Below are positions 37,061 through 49,140 of a stretch of 49,724 nt of DNA, in pieces. Position numbers and translations under genes: made by a program. The notes beneath the pieces were generated by a model, which was not told where the DNA came from, searched no databases, and saw only the letters and a program-made list of their open reading frames with translations. Each line of letters begins with the position of its first letter. Within the stretch, counting starts at the first letter, position 1. The DNA comes from Azolla caroliniana (lineage: Eukaryota; Plantae; Polypodiophyta), in assembly GCA_043228905.1 (NCBI GenBank), contig JBHGNT010000223.1, positions 1-49,724 on the forward strand, in the 5' to 3' direction.

Positions 37061-38940
37061 TCAATAGGAGATCACTTATTCGTTTAATAAGATCTACACA
37101 CGTAATGCAACAACGAGATCAATAAATGTATTCTTAGGCCTTAAAATTTAAGATTGCAATGAAATTTTGAGCATTACCAAATCTATGAAGGAGCACAAGG
37201 CAGTGGAAAATGGCTACATACTCTCTGATAGAAACTCTTGTAACCCAAGCATAGCAAACTTTTTGACCTTCGAAGTGGTTGTCAAGAACATCATTTGAAA
37301 TGGACACACTCCATCAAGGTAACATCAGATGTTGCCAAAAGGTTTATGCGAAATATTGGCATTTGCATTCACAAGGTCGTCAAAGTTTCCATTCTCTATT
37401 GTGTACATGCATGGTGCGGAACTTACGCAACATCATGCTCCTTCACTGTAATATCCATGAAGGAGTTTATCTCTGATAGCCTCTACATTTTTTCATTCAC
37501 TAAAGGAACATTTTACATGGGCCGAGCACAATAATACCTAGTGTGCACTTTGTAGGTCTATATACCCAATCACAACTCTAATAATACTAGCTACACTCGA
37601 ATGAGAAAGCTAAAGATGGCAATTTCATTATCCTATTAGGATGATTTCTTCATAGTTGGTGTCAGCAATTAGTAAGCATATTCTTGACATGACGTTTTTG
37701 GCCATGTATTTCATTGGTAAGAAAGGATAAATATGGTTCAAAAGATCAATTCTGAGTAAATGATATCTATAATATAATGTACATATGATCACCGTAATGT
37801 AAGTAACAAACCCAAGTAATGTTTCTATTTTAGAACTTACAATCTTTATCCTTTTTAATGCAAGTTAACTAGAGCTGGAAACATATACTAATGGGAGAGC
37901 TACATCCCATTCACAATGACCAGATGTAGCACAACGCAAATGATTGCATAGCAACAAGTTAGTGGTCAAATCTCGATGTGCGACGTGCAAGGAGTATAGA
38001 ATAAACTATTTAAAAACAATATTTCACCTGCATTTTTTTACTGTCGGGCAGAACAAATCCCCTTTGTTTGGCTACATTAGGTGAGCCTGAACTTTGAAGC
38101 ACTCATTAGGTGATCTTTAATTCTTTCAAAGTTAAGGGAATATCATGAATGACGAAAATAAGGTTCTCTAGCTACTAATATACGGCAGAAATATTATGAA
38201 TACCCCTTCCTTGTATGTGGACTGATATAGATTAGATCCCTGATATTGTTCATAGAATCAAAAGTACCCTTGCCAAAATTGGAGAGAGTATGTTAAAAAA
38301 ATACTTCTATTACTCCTATGAGGTCTAGTCACAGAAAATAGAAGATCTTTAAAAAGGGAAAGTAATGGCGAAATATGCAAGGTATCGAAGCTAATTCTTA
38401 TTAAGCTAACCGTCAGAAACAAGAAATAATCTACAAACAAGTATTCATCGAAAACTGTTTGACATACTATGTTTCCATGCTCATCTTCTGTTCCCAATTA
38501 GGAAGCAAGAAAGAAACTATATAACGCATCATTGCTAAATCAAGCATTAATGGCGAGAATATTGATAAAAAAAGAAAACACATTTTTAAGACAGGGAAGC
38601 AAAATTGAAATATAAACCGGACGATGTTAGGTCTCTGACAAGTAGAAGCAGACGGGAAACACATGAATTCTACGACAGGAAAGGCATGATTATGATAATT
38701 GTTCAAATCAAACAGCACAGTCTTGGGAAAAAGAGAAATGGATAATGAAGGTTTCGGCAGGGTCAAACAAAATAGGAGAGAAGATTAATCATCATCAGTT
38801 CTCGAATGTGGAGCATGAATTAAGTGTTCGTAATGATTAGTTTCAGATACATACATACATACAAATGCGATTTACTGGATGATTCATATTGCTTGGTATA
38901 ACCATAATTATTTCAAGATAGTTACAGTTAAGCTAGCTAC

Positions 38941-39567
38941 CTGGAGGTGGTAGAACAGTATTCGGCGATCTTTCTGGAAGCAGAGAAGATGATGACGCCT
39001 ACCTGTGCATCACAGATGTATGAAGCCTACCTGTACTCATACACCTTCTTCAGAAGCCTATTCCGACGTTGCAGAAAGAAACCTGGCGTTTCTGCATGCT
39101 CTTGATGCATTGTGCGCCAGCTACATTGCTTCATGGCGTGACTAGTAGAATTATCAGTATTATTCAGAGTACTGGTAATGATATCAGGAGGAGGGGGAAG
39201 GGGGAGGGGGATTTAACGTTCTGTTGTTAGCATTATCAACAGAACCAGTACAGGAAAAACGGATGAAATGAACCAGATCTGACCCAATATTAGAGTTTCT
39301 ATTAAAACTTGTAGAAGGAAATGTATAAGATTTTGGAAGAAACTTGTGTTAGCATTACTAGCTGCAGAAATGCCAGAAAAAGTACTTATCACAGATTATA
39401 CTGTTGCAGACGGATTGATAAACGAAGAGAGTTCAGCCGAAACAGCTCTAGAAACGCCAGTTGCAAGAATATCGACGTCTGTACTGATTCTTGTAATCGT
39501 ATAACATGATTAGACGAAGGAAAATCACGAGGAAGAGACGGAGACGAAGCTTCAGATTTCGATCCAT
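38941..39567 (-). pseudogene. MADS-box (MIKC-type) transcription factor pseudogene, exon 1: N-terminal extension plus MADS domain
   Basis: About 39125-38941 reads QCIKSMQKRQVSFC(K, -1 nt)[41 protein letters not shown], then AG|GT at 38941/38940, the typical phase-2 MIKC first intron. ATG at 39567 gives MDRNLKLRLRL. There are frameshifts and stops, and 39026-39035 duplicates 38998-39006. No I/K/C exons were recognised downstream. Confidence 0.85.
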
Positions 39568-40174
39568 GGAGAAGAAATATATTTTACAGGCTTATTTGTA
39601 ATTCTGCGTCTATGCGCTACACGCTTTATCTGTCATTCTGCATCATCTATACTTTCTTTCATTTCCTTGTATTCTTTCTCTTTCCTTTTTCTTCGCTTCG
39701 GGTTTCTGTTTCTTCTTCTCCTTCCGCAGATGCTTCTTCTTCATCTTCCTTGCGTCTACTTCTTCTGTTACTGTTTCTCTTCTAGCTCCTCCTACTCCTC
39801 TTCCTTGCCTGTAATTCAGCATCTTGTATACTTTCTTTCTTTTCCTTATATTCTTTCTCTTTCCTTTCTTCGCATCTTTCTTTCTTCCTTCTTCTTTTTC
39901 TTCTGCTTCGGGTTTCTGTTTCTTCTGGTTCTGCTTCTGCAGATGCTTCGTCTTCCTCGTCCTTGCTTCTTCTTCTTCTTCTGTTACTGTTTCGATTCTA
40001 GCTCCTCCTTCTCCATCGCCGCCGCCTGTTTCTTCGTCCTTCTTCCTCCAATCTCCTCTTTCTTCTGTCGCTGCTTTCTGCTTTCTTCTTTCTTCTTCTG
40101 CAGCTGCTTTCTGCGTTCTTTCTTTCTGCTGCTGCTTTCTGCTCTCTTAAACGCGAGAGCTTTAAATGCGGGAC

Positions 40175-40210
40175 CACGTGCGTCGTACGGACGAATTTGT
40201 GGCTGTACGG
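40175..40210. promoter_or_regulatory. G-box / GTACGG / GTACGG module upstream of the MADS pseudogene
   Basis: CACGTG 40175-40180, GTACGG 40185-40190 and 40205-40210, next to a TATA-like TTTAAA at 40161-40166 and just upstream of the GAA-rich leader. Confidence 0.55.
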
Positions 40211-41921
40211 CCAACCATCTCCCTGCCCAAACAAAAAATGTATAGGCTAATATTGTAATGTGCTCAATTACCGACCCCTTCCTCTCTTGGTAGGCATCTC
40301 TCTTTATAAGGTTTCCCACCTTTCTTGGCTCTACCCCCCTAGTTAGTTACAAGTTTGTTGGTTCCTCTTGGGACCAAACCATCTAGTGTGGTCCCCCACA
40401 CTTGACACCTCCCCCTTTTAAAAAATATTACATATTAGGACCTAGTCACTTATTCCTTTGCTTTTCTTTTCTCTACTGTGCAACGAGGGTTTTTTACTAC
40501 GAAAGTCACTGTGCAACGCCTATCAGGGATGTTGACTGTGACATTGTCGATGGCGTGACGATTGCGGGCGGCTATGGTTTGATGCGGAGTGGAGGATGCG
40601 CCTGCAACTCGACTGTGGATATATCCAGGTGTGTTGATGGCTGCGATAGACCCGTGGTGTCCTCACCGGTGTCGTCGGGGTGGAGATTCTCAGTTGGTGG
40701 AGGTACGCGCCTAATCCGCGAGACATGTGCGACTGTTTCCGTCGATTTATCGACTCGGCGCAACCGGTAAGTGTTCGAGTCGATGCACGTTATGATCTTG
40801 TATGGTCCTAACCATCTATGCATGAATGATTCACAAAGACCCTTTTTCCGTACCGGGTAATAGACTCTAACATATTCGTTGATGTTGAGTGTGGTTGGCC
40901 TATGTGATTTGTCGAAGTATTTCTTTTGTCGTTGTTGGGCTTTACTCAAATTATATTGAATGGCTCATCAGAGAAGAGGCATCTTTGATTGTAGGTATAA
41001 CCACCACGAAGTGGCATCACTATGATGTGGGTTGACTTTTATGGTGTGTCAGTCTGGTGGGAGATGAGGATCGCGGCCATACAGTGCCCTGAATGGACTC
41101 ACCTTGGTGGATTCTTGTATCGAGGTGTTGTATGCGTGTATCGCGAACGGCAATACTTGATCCCATGATTGATGTAAAGGATCAAACATAGGCGGCAATA
41201 GTTTGTTTAATGGTTTTATTCATTCTCTCCGTGAGGCCATTAGTTTGGGGATGATACGACGATGTAAACAACTGCTTTATTCCCAAACTCTGTGTGAGAA
41301 ATTGCATCACTTCGCTTCGGAACTGTGATCCTTGATCTGAAAGAATTTGGTGAGGGCATCCGTGAGGAAAACTCCCCCTTTGTAGAAGGGTGTGGTGACT
41401 GTATTTGATGTTGCATCCGGTAAGGCAACAGCTTCGCACCAACGTGTCAAGTATTCTGTAATTACCAAAATATATTTGTTTCCTTGTATTGATGTTGGGA
41501 ACGGGCCCATGAGGTCCCATCCCATCATCTCAAAAGGTTCCTTGACTTCAATGGGTGTCAAGGTACCGTATGTGGACTGTGGGTTTTTTACGGTCTGACA
41601 TGTGGGGCATGTTTGTAGGAATGTAGAGATAGATTGTCTTAATTTTGGCAAACAATACATTGAACAAATGTGATGGAGGAGCTTATGGAAACCGAAATGA
41701 CCCGTCAACCAATGATTATGATAGAATTCGAGATAAGTTGCTCATAATGCCTCCGGTAAATACAGACGTGGAGGGAGGCCTTGACTAATAAAATGGAGTA
41801 TGTTGTCAATTAAAACAAAATGACGGTATACCTGCTTGTCATGGCTATGTTGTATTCGCAGGATGAGGTCCTTAATCACAGGGTCTTGCTGTTGCATTTG
41901 TGCTATTTGCTGTGGCTGAAA

Positions 41922-42088
41922 CATAGTTCTAGCCATACGTCCCATTCGTGTCATACTCAAACGCCAATATTCGTATCATACTCATACGTGAAAAGGCTCC
42001 AAGTATGATTGAAATCCATACGCGGTACATAGATATATTATATATAGATATGGTGTATATGGTGTACATAGTGTGTGTGTGTGTGAGG

Positions 42089-42121
<33 letters not shown>

Positions 42122-42503
42122 TGTGTGATCTAGAGAGAGAAGCCCTGTTTTGCATGTGTGAGGAGACAGTGATTGAGTGTATATCTAGACTCTAGAGAGA
42201 GAGAGAGAGAGAGGAGCTATGGGTTTTGTCTGTGTGAGGGAGTATGTAATATGTATATTAGATATCTAGATTTTGTAGAGAGAGAAAATATGTCAGTTCT
42301 CGTGTGAGAGAGAGAGAGAGTGTGTGTATGTGTGTCAGATGTCACTTCTATTCACAAAATATTATGAATATCAAAAATTAAAAAAACCAAAAAAAAGTCA
42401 AAAAAAGAAAGAAGCCAAACGAATATCGCGTATCATACGCGTACGTTTGCAAACGTTCGCGTACGTCCAGTAAATTGGACGTACGCGAATATTAGGAACT
42501 ATG
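41922..42503 (-). mobile_element. hAT-type MITE, 582 bp, inserted in Gypsy pol
   Basis: CATAGTTC...GAACTATG termini with an 8-bp TSD GGCTGAAA (41914-41921 and 42504-42511). It is the reverse complement of 30845-31435. Confidence 0.93.
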
Positions 42504-43947
42504 GGCTGAAATGGGAGGTCATTAGAATCCTCCGCCCATTGTGCGGCATGGTACTCCATTCGAGATAAAGCATCAGCAATCGTGTTGGATGCTCCTCTCC
42601 GATAAATCATTGTAAAATTGTATTCTTCCAAAATGAGTGCCCATCGTAATAGTCTTCCCAATGGGTGAGTTTTTTGGATGAGTGATACCAATGGCTGGTG
42701 ATCCATTTCTACTTGGATGGATGTTCCATGCAGGTAAGGGTGGAACTTCTGGAATGCCCAAACAATTGCCAAGAACTCTTTTTCTGTCATAGAGTAGTTT
42801 TGCTCTAATTTCGTCAATGCTCTACTGATGTATGCTATCGGGTGCCAGTCGTCGTTGTCATCTTGTTGCAGGAGCACAACCCCTATTCCATAATTGGAAG
42901 CATCTGTTTGAAGGCGGAAGACTTTGCTAAAGTCTGGGAATGCCAAGGTTCCCGCATCCTTGATTAATCTTTTGCGTTTCTCAAAACTTTGCGTACAATT
43001 TGCTGACCATTGATATTTTGATCCTTTTTTCAATAGTAATCTTAAGGGAGCTGTGACCATGGCTAGATTAGGAATAAACCGTAGTGAAAAGTTCACAAGG
43101 CCAAGGAAGCTTTGTAGGGACTTGATGTTGCTTGGAGTTGGATAATTAGCAATGGCTCGAATCTTAGTAGGGTCAAGTTGGATGCCTTTTGAGGATATCA
43201 TGAATCCTAAAAATCGTAATTCCATTGCTCCCCATTTCCACTTCTTAAATTGTAGTTGTAGGTTATATTTTTGGATGCGTAGGAGGACTTCTTGTAGAAC
43301 TTGAATATGTTGTGACCAGTCAGCAGTGTGTATCAGTATATCAACGAGGTAGACCAGTATGACTCCTTTATGGATTAGGTCTTGAAAAATGGTGCTCACC
43401 ATTCTTTGAAATGTGTTGCCTGCATCTGATAATCCGAAGGGCATTCTCTTAAATTGGTATAAGCCATGTTGTGTTCTAAAAGTTGTCTTGTGTTTATCTT
43501 CAAGTCGCAGGGGTATTTGCCAATACCCTGAAGCCAGATCTAAGGATGTAAAGTATCTTGACTTACCGAGTTGGTCGATTAAATCGTCGATGCGCGGTAA
43601 TGGATACCTGTCGTGCTTTGTAATTTAATTTAGTAACCAGAAATCAATGCAAAATCTGAATGTACCGTCATCTTTTCTGACCAGATGACGTTATGATACC
43701 CATTCACTGCTAGACGGCTCAATAATATCCTTTTGGAGCATTTCTTGGATTGCAGTGTTTATCCGTTGATGATCAAGTGGTGACCGCCTTCTAGCTGCCA
43801 TTCGCACCGGAGGAGAGTCTGTTGTGGGTATGGCGTGTTGCACTTGTAAAGTTACTTGAGTTGTCTTTTCTGTCTTCATAAAGATTCTCGGGAACTTCCC
43901 GAGTAGGCGACGGAGATCGGCCAAACGTGATTATGTTGGTTCTATTT

Positions 43948-44262
43948 TGTTGAGAATCAAGCTCAACTTGGTCTAGTGTGTGAACTCACCTTGAGAGTGA
44001 ATAAACACTTCAACGGTCAAGAGTCACCTCTTTGTATTCTAGCATTTAGTACGAGTCATAGAATCATATTCTATGACACATAACTTATGAGCATTCACAT
44101 TCCCCATGCTCCATGAGTCTTGTAGTTAATGATGAGAGATGGTGACTATATAAAGCACCCTCCTCCCACCTCGTAATGTGTCGAGTCTTTCTCCTTTGTT
44201 AATATACTTTTACCTTGCGTATACTCTGTGTCTTACTTCTCACTCACTCACTCACACACACA

Positions 44263-44304
<42 letters not shown>

Positions 44305-44358
44305 CACACACAATTCACACCTATTCCGCTACATAAGAATCATACCTGATTCTTGACA
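43948..44358. mobile_element. Solo LTR, 411 bp, inserted between the Gypsy protease and RT
   Basis: TGTTGAGAATCA...TGATTCTTGACA termini with a 5-bp TSD TATTT (43943-43947 and 44359-44363). Excision rejoins the host frame. Confidence 0.85.
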
Positions 44359-46125
44359 TATTTGGATTTGAGTATGCATGATCTGTGTGCTAGTATGAGG
44401 TGTGTTAAGAAGGGGAATTGTGGTGCAAGGCCTAAGATGTGGAAGAACTAATGTATGTGTGTCAAAATCCAATTGGGCCCCATGCTTAACAAACCAATCA
44501 CATCCTAATGTTAAAGGAAATAGTTGTTTTGGTAGGACATAGAATGAATGGACAAAAGTATGTTGTGCTAGTGTGAAAGTGCAATGTGCATGTGTGAATG
44601 ATTTATAGAGTTTTTGCTTGTCGCCAAAAATTACATGGATTAGTGGTGCAGATGATGTTGGTAAGTGCAACTGATTAACTATATCTAAACTAATTGAAGA
44701 GATTGTGCTACTTGAATCTAGTAATGCTTCATGTGATGTATTTTGAATACATGCTATTGTGGAGCAGATTATTCGGCTGGAAGATGTAGCGGCTTGGAAG
44801 TGTGGGAGTTGCTCTTCCTTCAACGTCCCGCATTGATGTTTTCTTGTATGTCGGCCAGAGATGTGGAATCTACCAACTGGATTTGTGCGTTTTGATGGTG
44901 TCTAGATGCGGCGAATTTCCTGCAATATTTCTTTACATGACCATAATTATTGCAGTAAAAACAACGGGGGTGTCCTTGAGTGTCTCGACTTGGGAGTTGC
45001 TTCTTAGCATTAATTTGTGCATTTTTTATGTCAATATCCATCGGGCATGCTATGGATTCAACTTGATGCTTCTGATTGTTTTGTTGTGGCATTGCAGGTG
45101 CCTACGACAATTCCATATAATCAAGTGCTTCTATACGTTGGGCGATTTGTATGGCCATTTGGAAGGTTGTCGGCCCTTGATCTTTTACTCTCCTATAGAT
45201 GTCATGTCTCATCCTAGGCAGCAAGAAATATAGCTTCATAGTCTCTTTCATGTTTGGATCGACTCGAAGTAAGAGTGTTTTAATCTTACTGCAAACTGTG
45301 CTACTGGTTCATGTGTTTGTTGACGCATGTTACCTAATTGTTGCAGGGCTATTTGTGTTATATCGTTATTGGCGAAGTGTTGTACCATTTGTTCGTGCAG
45401 GTATGACCAATCTTGTTTTACTTCTTTTGGTTGTTGAATAAACCAGGTTGCTGTGACATTTTCCAATACCGTGCGCAGTTCTAGGGCTTTTCTATCATCA
45501 CTCCATTTATGATAGCCAACGACATTATCAAAGTGATCTAGCCAAGCTAATACGTCTTTTGTTGGCAGGCTGGAAAATGATTGTGGTCTAATTCGGGAGT
45601 CCTTCTGTTTCTCTGTGTTGTTTCCTGTTTGTTGTGATTGATTAGTTAACCAATTCATTATTGCTTGATTTGTGTGGTTTACCTGCATCATCATTGCTAA
45701 CATAGCTTGAAGCATTTGCTCAGTTGCATTGCTTCGAGAGGTTTGTTCCACGAACTCTGGTTGCATACTCATTGTGTTGTTGAAATCTGATGTCTACATC
45801 TTTGTGTAGTTGATGCTCTCTTGAATTCGCGTCTTCTCGGCTGGTTACTTGTGAGCTCAGCGGCTGCCTCTATGTGATGATCAGTGGGATACTTGTGTGT
45901 GATGATCGGTGGGCTGCTTCTATGTGATGATTAGTGGGTGTGTGACGATGGTTGATCTAAAAATGCCCGTGATTTCCACCAATGTAATGTGCTCAATTAC
46001 CAACCCCTTCCTCTCTTGGTAGGCATCTCTCTTTATAAGGTTTCCCACCTTTCTTGGCTCTACCCCTAGTTAGTTACAAGTTTGTTGGTTCCTCTTGGGA
46101 CCAAACCATCTAGCGTGGTCCCCCA

Positions 46126-46660
46126 TAGCAATGGGCCCGGTTTGGGTTCGGTTTGGGTGCCTTGAAACCAAACCAAACTGTTTATGAACATTCGAACATT
46201 TAAACCAAACCATTTTTAAAAAAAAGTAAACTAAACCATTTAAACCAAAACCGTTTAGGGAAAAAGTTAAAACCAAACGAACCATTTAATAAAAAGTTTA
46301 AACCTACCCCATTTAAGCCAAGCTAATTAAAAAATTAATTAAATAAAAATACACGAAATTAAATAAGCATTTATGTTTAAATAAATAAATAAGATTAATT
46401 GAGCCATTAAATTAAATAAACAATTAAGTTAAGTGAATTAAACCAATGAAAAACATTAATTAAACCATTAAATTACATAAACATTTAATGGATAAAAAAA
46501 GGTAGCCCAAAAACCTATAAACCCTAGTTTCAAAACCAAACCAAACCGTTTATTATTAATTAAAACCAAACCAAACCATTTAATTATTTTGAACTTATAA
46601 ACCTTTAAACCATTGTTTAACGGTTCGGTTCGGTTTAAGCCAAAACCGGGCCCATTGCTA
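46126..46660. mobile_element. hAT-type MITE, 535 bp, inside the Gypsy 5' LTR
   Basis: 18-bp TIR TAGCAATGGGCCCGGTTT, 8-bp TSD GTCCCCCA (46118-46125 and 46661-46668), and subterminal AAACC/CGGTT repeats. Confidence 0.95.
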
Positions 46661-46693
46661 GTCCCCCACACATGACAATATACATAAATATAA

Positions 46694-46995
46694 GGGAAAA
46701 GTACCTTGAAGTTTGTCTATTTACCAGAATGCCCTTGGAAGTTCCAAATTTACCAAACTACCCCTATGTCCAAAAAATTATACTTTATAAAGTAATTATA
46801 CACTCAAATCTATAAGCCCTATTTACCAAATATGGAATAAATGGACCCGAACTAGCCCTATTTACCAAATATTTGAGTAAATAATTACTTTATAAAGTGT
46901 AATTTTTTGGACATAGGGGTAGTTTGGTAAATTTGGAACTTCCAGGGGCCTTCTGGTAATAGGTAAACTTCTAAGGGTATCCTAGTACTTTTCCC
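46694..46995. mobile_element. Mutator-like foldback MITE, 302 bp
   Basis: TIRs of about 110 bp starting GGGAAAAGTAC, with a 9-bp TSD TAAATATAA (46685-46693 and 46996-47004). Confidence 0.92.
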
Positions 46996-47089
46996 TAAAT
47001 ATAATTCATTGTATTGCAATTTGCAATCATAATATGTATTTAATACTAGTAAAACCAGATGGACTTTCTTCTGTTGCGTTACATAACGG

Positions 47090-47470
47090 CCAATGCACAT
47101 GGCGGCCATGACCCCCCCGCCCCCCCCAGCCTTCTTGACGATTTCCAATGGGAAGAATCCCCATTGCCAGCAAGCCTTCTTCTTTTAGTTAATTCGTATG
47201 GGTCTTTGAACTCCCATAACTGAGCAATCGTGAACGGAAGCATTCCGCGTACGCTCGTTCCACCGTAATCCCCAGTGTTCGGAGAAACCCCCGGTTACAC
47301 AATTCAGAAAGTGCCAAGGCAACAAGCCCATCTCACCTTCAACAAACATCATCCACCAAAAAAGGGGATTTTGACACTCTAAATGTACAAATAGACCTTG
47401 CTCCCTAAAAGCAGATAAATCAAATCTATGGCAATTGTGTTCCTCTATGACTCTACAAAACAACATGCTC
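47090..47470 (-). mobile_element. Possible LINE ORF2 fragment
   Basis: GC-richer block with ORF 47185-47466 (WWMMFVEGEMGLLPWHFL), loosely resembling the post-RT region of L1. Confidence 0.3.
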
Positions 47471-48599
47471 GACTAAATGACATTCCTTCATTGCAATGCA
47501 TCAGATGTAGATAATCTATCCGCCATACCCTGCAAAATGAAAACGTTCTCTCTAAAAGGAATATAAGAATACCATTCTAATATATTCACGACCCTTTGCC
47601 ATCTACTATCATGTCAAAATGGCAAAAAAAAAAAAAAAACATTGTGAATATTGAACAAGATTTAACACCCTCATCAACATATGTAGAGGCAAGTATGTAA
47701 TTTATGGATCATTTGAAAGGTATTTTGGGAAGACAAGTGTTTAAGTGTTAAAGGGGTAGAGTCCTTAATACTTCCTGGACAATGTAAGTAAAGGGTAAAG
47801 ATTAAGGAGGGAAACATGAAAATGGCATGGTTGTGGTAGCAACATGCGCCAACAATGATTGTTGTGGGAATAGTAGATTTAGTCGTGAGCTTTCGTCAAA
47901 GCTAAGATTGGACATTTTTCATAGCAACTTTCATTGGACATCGATTCCAATAGCTAAAGATGGGTAAATGGCTCAAGCCCACATGAAAGAGCATACTTGG
48001 AGTTCTGCGAGGACACAAACATGTTCTCTCTGATAGAGACTTACCAAGTGTTACTTTCATATTGTGCGATTGTAGTTCACTCTACACAAAAGAACAATTC
48101 CACACATTCCATGGGAAACACCAGAATTTTGCTCATGGAGAGCCATGCCAAGAACGTCTTTTGTGTCAAGCTTACAAGGGGAATTCATTGGCAATTTAAC
48201 TTGAGGTTTCCCATCCATCTTTTTCTTACTTACTTACTCTAGATCACCTACAAATTAAAACGTACAAATATGAAGACACTAATAATTTTGGCAACAAATT
48301 GATAAATAGTTTTTAATACATTCGAGAATGATTTATTATTATATAAAATCTTGCAAATTTACAATAGATTTTCAGCACTCATTCATCACTCACCCGCCCA
48401 CCCACACGTTGTAGTGACATTGCATGTACAAATGATGAAAGTATCGGAAATTCAATTTTATGACAATTTAGGAATATGGTCAAAGAAGTAACAAGGACAA
48501 GCTGAATCTTGAACACAAATATACAACTCAATTGGCGAGCTAACACTTGGAATGATAAGGTGTGAGGATTTGAACCTTGTAATGGATGACGAGGGTGAA

Positions 48600-49140
48600 A
48601 GTGTTATTTACAACGCGTGTTATATAGAGACGAGGAATACGATAAGATGAAATGGATGAGTTCACTTTTGTAAAGCTCTAGTGTCACCCTATAAAAGGAG
48701 AAGGAGATCTCGTTGCAAAGGGGTGAAATCTATAAAAGGAGAGCTCAATGAAAAGGACATTTTTTTTGCATGAGATAGAATCGCAGCCAAAACTTCGTTT
48801 GACTCAAGATAGCAAATTAAGAGGGCCTTCAAGAACAACAATGACAAAAGATCAACACACTCACTTTGTATTTACACATACAAATCATGCACATTATCAT
48901 CTACATAGACATATATACACACAAATACTCTTATATAGCTAAGCATTCTTAAAATCCACACACATACTCTAGTAATCATAAACTCTACTAAAGACATTCA
49001 CGAAAAGCTAAGATCAACTACGATCTACAATCATGAGGATCCCGACATCTTTGACTCAAGCTAATCCCATTTTCCATGGTTCAAGTCCTTGACTGTCCCA
49101 TTCATATTTCACACACGCACCTAATAAGCAATACAACATT
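48600..49140. mobile_element. Possible solo or truncated LTR
   Basis: Duplicated ctataaaaggag and LTR-like composition. No TSD confirmed. Confidence 0.3.

Larger units (their letters stand above)
40254..46677 (-). mobile_element. Full-length but disabled Ty3/Gypsy LTR retrotransposon (about 4.9 kb without nested insertions), 4-bp TSD ATAT
   Basis: LTRs at 40254-40407 and 45983-46677 (the latter split by a MITE), about 154 bp, differing by 3 substitutions and one 2-bp indel. PPT at 40408-40419; PBS TGGTGGAAATCACGGG at 45981-45966. Gag ATG 45772, knuckle CFYCNNYGHVKKYC, protease LLDSS, RT YPLPRIDD/DLASGYWQ/YLVD, RNase H TDAS..EKEFLAIVW, integrase H-H-CPTC, DLMGPF, SDQGSQF, GPY. No chromodomain. 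ATAT at 40250-40253 and 46678-46681. Confidence 0.95.

Noticed and set aside
38028-38086. AG..GT-bounded segment as the MADS I-region exon
   Set aside because: No frame resembles an I-domain, and the acceptor context is weak.
39667-40319. 192-aa F/L-rich and K/E-rich ORFs as membrane or coiled-coil proteins
   Set aside because: They are low-complexity translations of the GAA-rich leader of the MADS pseudogene.
42398-43444. 348-aa ORF as an active or domesticated reverse transcriptase
   Set aside because: It is part of the Gypsy pol, the catalytic YLDD is mutated to YLVD, upstream frames are broken, and the C-terminus comes from an inserted MITE.
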